Origin: an uncultured virus (IMG/VR IMGVR_UViG_3300011475_000006)
Lineage: Duplodnaviria; Heunggongvirae; Uroviricota; Caudoviricetes
Direction: 5' to 3' (one strand)
DNA: 64,000 bases
IMG/VR virus record: IMGVR_UViG_3300011475_000006
A program made the position numbers and the translations under genes. Positions 58,313 through 64,000 of the stretch are shown here, in pieces. Each line of letters opens with the position of its first letter. Positions within the stretch are counted from its first letter, which is position 1. Below the pieces are notes generated by a model. That model saw nothing but the letters and a program-made list of their open reading frames with translations. It searched no databases and was not told where the DNA came from.

Positions 58313-59701
58313 TTAGCCCCCGGTCAGCGTTGGTGCCTGATTGCGAAGCGTATCAATAACCTCGTCCGGGCTGTCGGCCGGGTCAATGAGGTCAAGCTTC
58401 TGAAGTGCGCGAATCATATCGCTATCGCGCAGCGCGCCGGACTGCCAGGCGTTGACGATTGCCGTCACCATGCCAGACTCGGCAACCTTCGCGATGAATT
58501 CCTGGTTGATGGTGTAGGCTGGCTCATCACCTTTTATTCCCAGATATTTTGCGCACCAGCCCAGCGCCAGCGTATAGGCCTCTGATACGTTTGAAACGCA
58601 GATGCCCAACACAGAGGTTGATGCGCTCTGTTCACCGCTTGCCTGCGTTGCCGTCTTCGCCGTGGCGTTCTGTTCAATCAGTCGGGCGCCCAACTGCACC
58701 ATGTAGTCACGCTTGCTGTCCATGGCCTCTTTCGCCAGCATGTTCGGCTGCGCCTGGGCATAGCCAAACGATCCTTCTTTGGGAAGAAGTAACGGTGAGC
58801 GGGAACCTATTTTGATGCCGTTTTTCTCAAGGTAGTCGCGCCAGTTGGTATCAAGCCCGGTTATATACGGCTGAACCTGTCCGCAGAACCACACGCTGTC
58901 CTCATAGTCGGCACTGTTGCGGTAATGGCCGTGGTTAATTTCCACCAGCGCGGCCAACGGAGAGTCATCGATAGTAGGGTCGTTGTTCTGGGCGCCGACA
59001 AACGTGAACGGGATTTCGTCCCAGTAGTCCTTTCCTTTCGGCTTCGGTTGATATTCGCTGCTGACGGTATAGGCTCCGCTTGCGGTACCACCAGCCCGGC
59101 GCCATACCCTACAGATAAACCTCCCCTCTTCCAGCGCCAGTTCGCGGTACTGAATTTCGTCCTTATAAGCGTAACCGTCCGGCTCTTCTACACATTCACG
59201 CAGGACCACCAGCACCAGCTGATCGCGTCCGTTAATACGCTTTGTTCGCCAGTTGATAATGTTCTCTGCCGGATAGCGGAGGATGATCGCCTCGTCGGAG
59301 GCTTCTGCGTAATCGACATAAAGCCCCTCACGCGCAACTTCCAGCACGTTCTCGGCCACCAACTGTGACTGCTGATAGATGCTGATTCCGGCCCCGTCAG
59401 CGTTGTCCAGCAGGTACTTCAGCTTGTCCGGACCGTTAAACGTGGGGTCCTTGCGATACGCCATCCCAAGCATGCCGATCTTCGTATTACCTGCAATGGC
59501 GTAGAACACCGCACGGCTAATATAGTCCTCATTGCGCTTGCGATTGCGCGTGGATTTATCAGTTGGGTCGAGATAAGGCAGGTACTTATTACCCGCAGCC
59601 TTTACGGCCTCAGCGCCTTTGCAAAAGTCCCTGTATTTCCGCCAGGCAGCAGAAGCCGCCCGATGTTCTGGTCGAACCCAGGTGATGTCGTCGTTTGCCA
59701 T
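58313..59701 (-). CDS. Portal protein (DUF4055-like)
   Basis: 462 aa after TerL; YLP..Y..RAVFY; N.GHYRNSAD. Confidence 0.8.
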   Translation of the reverse strand: MANDDITWVRPEHRAASAAWRKYRDFCKGAEAVKAAGNKYLPYLDPTDKSTRNRKRNEDYISRAVFYAIAGNTKIGMLGMAYRKDPTFNGPDKLKYLLDNADGAGISIYQQSQLVAENVLEVAREGLYVDYAEASDEAIILRYPAENIINWRTKRINGRDQLVLVVLRECVEEPDGYAYKDEIQYRELALEEGRFICRVWRRAGGTASGAYTVSSEYQPKPKGKDYWDEIPFTFVGAQNNDPTIDDSPLAALVEINHGHYRNSADYEDSVWFCGQVQPYITGLDTNWRDYLEKNGIKIGSRSPLLLPKEGSFGYAQAQPNMLAKEAMDSKRDYMVQLGARLIEQNATAKTATQASGEQSASTSVLGICVSNVSEAYTLALGWCAKYLGIKGDEPAYTINQEFIAKVAESGMVTAIVNAWQSGALRDSDMIRALQKLDLIDPADSPDEVIDTLRNQAPTLTGG

Positions 59702-59702
59702 A

Positions 59703-61010
59703 TCAGAAAGTGGTGTCCATGGTGATTGAGTATGCCGGTTTCACGATCGGGTAATCCTTCACGATGAAGTACCCACCAGCATCATTGGGGTGATCGTTAT
59801 CAGCTGATTTGTCCGGTTCGCCATTTGCCGCCCAGATTTGCTGCTCGAGGCTTTCGGTATAAACCGGGCAGTTCTGGACGTTCACCAGATAGCGGCGCTC
59901 GCCGTTGGCGTTACAGAACATAGCATTCATTGAGTTGATGCGGTCTTTAACCGGCGGGTTGGCATCATCAACAATGACGCTGAATCCGGCATCGTTGAGC
60001 TGAGCAATATCGGTCTTGCTGGCATTCTGCGATTTGCGGGAGTCGCCAGAGGCATCCGGATAAATGTAAATCTCCCGGCTCTTAACATAACGACCATCCT
60101 CATATCGCCAGAACTCTTCCTGGATGCGCTTAATCATCGCCGGAGTATCGTAAACCTTCACCAGTTCACGAACCGCGCGCGGAAGGCCGTTACGCTTTAC
60201 GTGAACAATCGCGGCCATTTTCCCCACGTTAAAGTCCATACCGATAAACAGCGGATCCCCGTCTTGAATCTCGTCAGAACAGTTATTCAGCTTGCGGTTA
60301 AAGGTATGGTAAATAGTCCCGCTGTTAAGGTTGGTGAACTTCCCGCGCAGATAGGCCTGAATCAGTTCGTCAGGGTAAGAACTCAGCAGCGATGGAATGT
60401 AATCAGGCGGTAGATTCTTCGCATTGTCGAATGTGCTGGCCTGAATCAGCCCATACAGGGCCGCCAGTTGGGGCTTTTCACGCACAGCCTTCACGAACTG
60501 CTGGTAGACGAACTTGAAGCCTTCCGGCGTTGTCGTTACATCGATGCCGTTACGCAGCCCATCAACTTTGTAGCGCATACGGGCTATGATTTTTCGCCAC
60601 GCCTGCTGCGCTTTGGCAGCCGCCATGACGTCCAGCTCATCCACCATCGCGTTACCGATTTTAAAGCCGACGATCGAGCCGGGCTTCTCCATCGAGCGGC
60701 AGATTGTGGTCCCGCGGTATCGTCGCCCCTCGTAGAAGTGAACCTCTTTGTTCCCCTCATTGATTTTGACGCTCAGCCCCCAGTCAAAGGCCACCTCTTC
60801 GATCGTCGGATAGAAGATGTCACGAATCTGCGGGTAAGTTGGCGCGAAGTAGCCCTGGTTGATTTTAGGGTGCTCCCACATGCCCTTACAGATGCCGCCA
60901 CAACCCACCCACGTCTTACCGGAACCGAACCCGGCAACGTAGGCTTTAAACTTGTGATCCATCGCGAGGAAACGCGCCTGTGGGATGTTAAGTGTCGGGC
61001 TGATCCCCAT
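59703..61010 (-). CDS. Terminase large subunit
   Basis: AGFGSGKT Walker A, VDELD, TTTPEG, GMDFN, DHPNDAGGY. Confidence 0.92.
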   Translation of the reverse strand: MGISPTLNIPQARFLAMDHKFKAYVAGFGSGKTWVGCGGICKGMWEHPKINQGYFAPTYPQIRDIFYPTIEEVAFDWGLSVKINEGNKEVHFYEGRRYRGTTICRSMEKPGSIVGFKIGNAMVDELDVMAAAKAQQAWRKIIARMRYKVDGLRNGIDVTTTPEGFKFVYQQFVKAVREKPQLAALYGLIQASTFDNAKNLPPDYIPSLLSSYPDELIQAYLRGKFTNLNSGTIYHTFNRKLNNCSDEIQDGDPLFIGMDFNVGKMAAIVHVKRNGLPRAVRELVKVYDTPAMIKRIQEEFWRYEDGRYVKSREIYIYPDASGDSRKSQNASKTDIAQLNDAGFSVIVDDANPPVKDRINSMNAMFCNANGERRYLVNVQNCPVYTESLEQQIWAANGEPDKSADNDHPNDAGGYFIVKDYPIVKPAYSITMDTTF

Positions 61011-61974
61011 CTTCCGCCCTCGCGTCCACTACGTTGATATTGATCTGAACTGGCGTTGGTTCGTCATCATCACCATCACCGGCCAGCTCTTTGCGGAGTT
61101 TTTCAACCTCCAGCTGCCGGCGGTCGATTTCGATTTGCTGGAGACGCTGCGCGAATTCGCTATCCGCCAGGCCAAGCCGCTTCATTACCGCTTCGAACAT
61201 TCGCTCACGGCTGATAGTGGTTATCTCGACGCCATTCTTGCCGATCTTTACGCCGGAGTAAGCGAGCCGTGAGACTTGAGGGAGTTTCCGGGTGTCCGGG
61301 AAGTAAGGCTGGCCAATACCATCGCCGTTGCAGCGCGGGCATTCAGGGTTGGGCTCTCTGTTGTGGTCATAGCCGTAACCACCGGAATCTTCAGGTTCAC
61401 GTCTGTCACGTTCAACAGCCTCGAGCCTCTTCTCTTCGAACTCAACTGCATCGCGCCACTGGTAGTGATGACCGAAGCCCCAGCAGTAACGACAAGCTCC
61501 GCGGCGATACTGCGAAAGCTGGTTTGCATCGAAGGTAGCGAGTTGCCACATCTGCGCAAGAACCTCATCGGCACTGCCAAGCGTGCGCGCAATGGAGGCT
61601 TTTTGCTGCTGCGCAATAGACTGCGCAACGTTAGGATTCGCTATGAGCTGACGTCCGTAGTTTGGGTCACTATACCCAGCACGCGCAGCGGCGGCCGTGG
61701 CGTTATTGTCCTTCAGGTATTCAGCAATAAAGCGCTTTACCTTCGCGCTTAGCCTTATGTCCACCAGCTCTTCTGCGCATTTATCTTTCTGCGCAGTGCG
61801 CGCTATCTTTCGCGCGTAAATTTTTGTATTTTGCGCAGTAGCTTTCTTGATATAGCGGCGAGCAGTTACATAATTAAGGTTATGTGCCTCGCACCATTCC
61901 TTAGGGGATATGCCAGTAGCAGCGTGATCAGACAGGAACCGCTTCTGCAGCTCGCCCCAGTCCGGCTTAGCCAT
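60988..61974 (-). CDS. Terminase small subunit with N-terminal HTH and Zn-finger insert
   Basis: FIAEYLKDNNATAAAARAGYS; CRYC and CPRC. Confidence 0.85.
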   Translation of the reverse strand: MAKPDWGELQKRFLSDHAATGISPKEWCEAHNLNYVTARRYIKKATAQNTKIYARKIARTAQKDKCAEELVDIRLSAKVKRFIAEYLKDNNATAAAARAGYSDPNYGRQLIANPNVAQSIAQQQKASIARTLGSADEVLAQMWQLATFDANQLSQYRRGACRYCWGFGHHYQWRDAVEFEEKRLEAVERDRREPEDSGGYGYDHNREPNPECPRCNGDGIGQPYFPDTRKLPQVSRLAYSGVKIGKNGVEITTISRERMFEAVMKRLGLADSEFAQRLQQIEIDRRQLEVEKLRKELAGDGDDDEPTPVQININVVDARAEDGDQPDT

Positions 61975-62085
61975 TATTACCTCTAAATTGAATGAATATT
62001 AGATGTCACTCACAGCTTCATTATTTGAAGCAACGACGTATTTTTCTCAAATAAATCTTGAAATGAGGATTTAAGCTCATGAAAT

Positions 62086-62346
62086 ATGTATAACTACGAT
62101 GACGTACAGAAAATCAAGGCCAATCTCGAGTGGATAGTGCATCAAGCCTCTGCACGGACTCATCTACACACTGAGCATGACCAAATAGTCATTTCTGATC
62201 TAATGGAACTCATCCAGACATATGAAACGCTTCTGGACCTTGTAAGCCAATTTGGTGCTTCCGTCTTAAATTCGGAAATCATAGCGGGCCTATCAATCAC
62301 AGAGGAATTCATTGCTAAAGTTAAGAGGAATGAGGGTGCGATGTGA
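62086..62346 (+). CDS. Hypothetical moron antisense to the late operon
   Basis: 86-aa ORF followed by a 13-bp perfect inverted repeat 62385-62418. Confidence 0.55.
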   Translation: MYNYDDVQKIKANLEWIVHQASARTHLHTEHDQIVISDLMELIQTYETLLDLVSQFGASVLNSEIIAGLSITEEFIAKVKRNEGAM

Positions 62347-62425
62347 GCGACAAACACACTGTGAGACGATTGATTCGTGTATTGAAGCTTCAAACTGGTG
62401 GATTACAGTTTGAAGCTTGGGTTAT

Positions 62426-62839
62426 TTAATTGCCGTACAGCCGATTGAAAAGCGCATTTTTCATCGCATCAGAATCAATCGGATCCAGGTTTAACCAAGT
62501 CAATGTCTCACGATTCTTTTCTACATTGAAATCAGAAAACACACCATGGATATCACCGCTATCAGGTGAGTAAAGAACAGCAATATTCTGTTCTGGACAA
62601 CTATGAGGTTTACACCCTGACAGGGCAATATACTTTTTCCCTGCAACCGTAACTTCGGTTGATGGCGTGCTTGTGCCACCACTTTTCACCCATGCAGGAA
62701 GTTTGCTTTTACTAATAAGCTGGGAGTAGCTTTTAGAGGTACTTTTTGCACTGGCGAAGTCATAAAGATACTGCCCCTCGTCAGCAACAGCACTGAACGA
62801 AACCAAAGCCATAGCAGCGAGAATCACTTTACCTTTCAT
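62426..62839 (-). CDS. ivy: Ivy-family periplasmic lysozyme inhibitor
   Basis: Signal peptide; LPAWV..GGT.TP; CKPHSC loop (CKPHDC in canonical Ivy); IAVLYS. Confidence 0.85.
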   Translation of the reverse strand: MKGKVILAAMALVSFSAVADEGQYLYDFASAKSTSKSYSQLISKSKLPAWVKSGGTSTPSTEVTVAGKKYIALSGCKPHSCPEQNIAVLYSPDSGDIHGVFSDFNVEKNRETLTWLNLDPIDSDAMKNALFNRLYGN

Positions 62840-63014
62840 ATTATTCCTCAATCCATAAAGACACCTCAACTCTATACCTTTGCAGTCGCTATGTCAGCCC
62901 TATGGATAATCAGAGCATTTGAAGTTACTGCCCGGCCCAAATGATTAGGTAAGGATTATCTTAATCACTAGCGCTTATGCTTGTTGATTACTGCCTGACT
63001 GCCAGACTGTTCAG

Positions 63015-63111
63015 GACTCTGATGCGGAGAATGCCAACTCCAGGGAATCATCGATAAAAAGAGCAAGTGAAACTGAGACTCCTTTAGCTCTCCTTGCGAG
63101 GGCTTTTTTTT
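63015..63111 (+). ncRNA. Candidate RcsB-box sRNA module F4
   Basis: Box TAAGGATTATCTTA 62950-62963; TTGTTG-16-CAGACT; body highly similar to F1/F2; terminator with T tract. Confidence 0.6.
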
Positions 63112-63161
63112 GGAATCACCCAACCTATCAGGTTGCGCTTAAAATTTTTGATAATGCTAGT

Positions 63162-63208
63162 GTCCAAGAGCGAGATAGTGACAGAACCTTACGGATGAGG
63201 CTCTATTT
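63162..63208 (+). ncRNA. Candidate sRNA module A2
   Basis: CCTT-ACGGAT-GAGG hairpin; homolog of 13721-13770 at the same post-spanin position. Confidence 0.5.
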
Positions 63209-63664
63209 CAGACATTGCTCTTTGATATAGTCCTGCAAATATCCGACCTGCTTTGTCACTGTGACGATTCTTTCTCTGAGGGTGAAATAATCCCGTTCAG
63301 CGGAGTCAGTAAGTCTGGGGCAGGAAGCATCGCCCACGCCGCTGGCGCCGGCCGTTCCGTTCGCGGGACATCTGGCGTTGACGTGCAGCCCACACTTACC
63401 AGAGTTAACGCAACGCTGCAGATCTTCAAGCTGAGATTTCGCATCAGCTAATTCCTTCGTGTATTTGGCATCCAGTGCAGCGACATCTCGCTGACGGGTC
63501 TGCATGTCTTTGATGGTGGCGTTCGCCAGGCTGAGTTTCTCAGTGGCTTTATCGCGCTGGTCTTTATAAGCGATGGCGTTGTCGCGGTAGTGGTTAACCG
63601 CCCAGGCCATGAAACCCAGCAGACAGATAAAGACAGCGCAGATGATGGCTGTTAAACGGCTCAT
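63203..63664 (-). CDS. Rz: i-spanin Rz
   Basis: TM then [36 protein letters not shown]. Confidence 0.9.
   Translation of the reverse strand: MSRLTAIICAVFICLLGFMAWAVNHYRDNAIAYKDQRDKATEKLSLANATIKDMQTRQRDVAALDAKYTKELADAKSQLEDLQRCVNSGKCGLHVNARCPANGTAGASGVGDASCPRLTDSAERDYFTLRERIVTVTKQVGYLQDYIKEQCLK
63256..63444 (-). CDS. Rz1: o-spanin Rz1 lipoprotein
   Basis: Embedded in Rz; lipobox [25 protein letters not shown]. Confidence 0.85.
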   Translation of the reverse strand: MRNLSLKICSVALTLVSVGCTSTPDVPRTERPAPAAWAMLPAPDLLTPLNGIISPSEKESSQ

Positions 63665-64000
63665 TTCTGGCCCCACTCGCAAACTTCCCGCTCAATCTCA
63701 CGACGGGTGATCAGCCCCTTCCACTGTTTTCCACCGGCATACGTCCAACGCTGCAGTTCGTTGCATGCACCCGGAATATCACCGGCATTCAGTTTCTTCA
63801 GCAGCGTCGATCTGCTAAACGCTCCAGTTCCCACGTTGTAAGTGAAGGAGTAAAGCGCAGCCTGGGTAGGCTTAGGAATATTAACCTTAATTAGCGGGTC
63901 GATAGCATTTGCCACCTTACGCAGATCTGATTCCAGCAAGGCGTCACATTCCTTATCGGTGTATCGGTGACCGCGGCGAACGTCTGCACCTGTGTGACCG
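63661..64000 (-). CDS. GH24 lysozyme endolysin (5' part outside window)
   Basis: [33 protein letters not shown]. Confidence 0.9.
   Translation of the reverse strand, partial: GHTGADVRRGHRYTDKECDALLESDLRKVANAIDPLIKVNIPKPTQAALYSFTYNVGTGAFSRSTLLKKLNAGDIPGACNELQRWTYAGGKQWKGLITRREIEREVCEWGQK

Larger units (their letters stand above)
39729..64000 (-). mobile_element. Prophage 2 (late region, continues beyond window), probably pac/headful type
   Basis: Lysis-terminase-portal-gp7-scaffold-capsid-tail-J-fibre order on the - strand. Confidence 0.93.

Overview
The window is entirely prophage DNA, probably from an Enterobacteriaceae host (Enterobacter/Klebsiella-like; inference from gene content). It holds two different siphovirus-type prophages fused tail-to-tail. 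Prophage 1 (1-39726, late genes on +) has int/xis, a cI/cro switch with 15-bp operators, and replication/nin-like genes including a TGT/DpdA-like protein next to an MT-A70 methylase. It continues with Q, a GH19 lysis cassette, a lambda-type cos site and a full lambda-like Nu1-A-W-B-C-D-E-FI-FII-Z-U-V-G/T-H-M-L-K-I-J-fibre module. Prophage 2 (39729-64000, late genes on -, truncated by the window edge) has a GH24 lysozyme, Rz/Rz1, ivy, terminase, a DUF4055-type portal, a capsid with a frameshift-added Ig domain, and tail genes. Two unannotated systems stand out. (i) The two fibre genes meet at their stop codons. Their different C-terminal halves (about 1.84 kb) lie between inverted gix/pix-type invertase crossover sites at the inner ends of a 1.9-kb inverted repeat, so one inversion would swap receptor-binding tips between the two phages. 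(ii) The non-coding DNA between lysis and packaging genes is a repeated, colinear cassette of candidate small RNAs. These show compensatory base changes, CsrA-type ANGGA loops and RcsB-box promoters, and sit beside a beta-helix (depolymerase-like) gene and ivy. All family assignments are from motif recognition, not database searches. A 10-N gap lies at 40311-40320.
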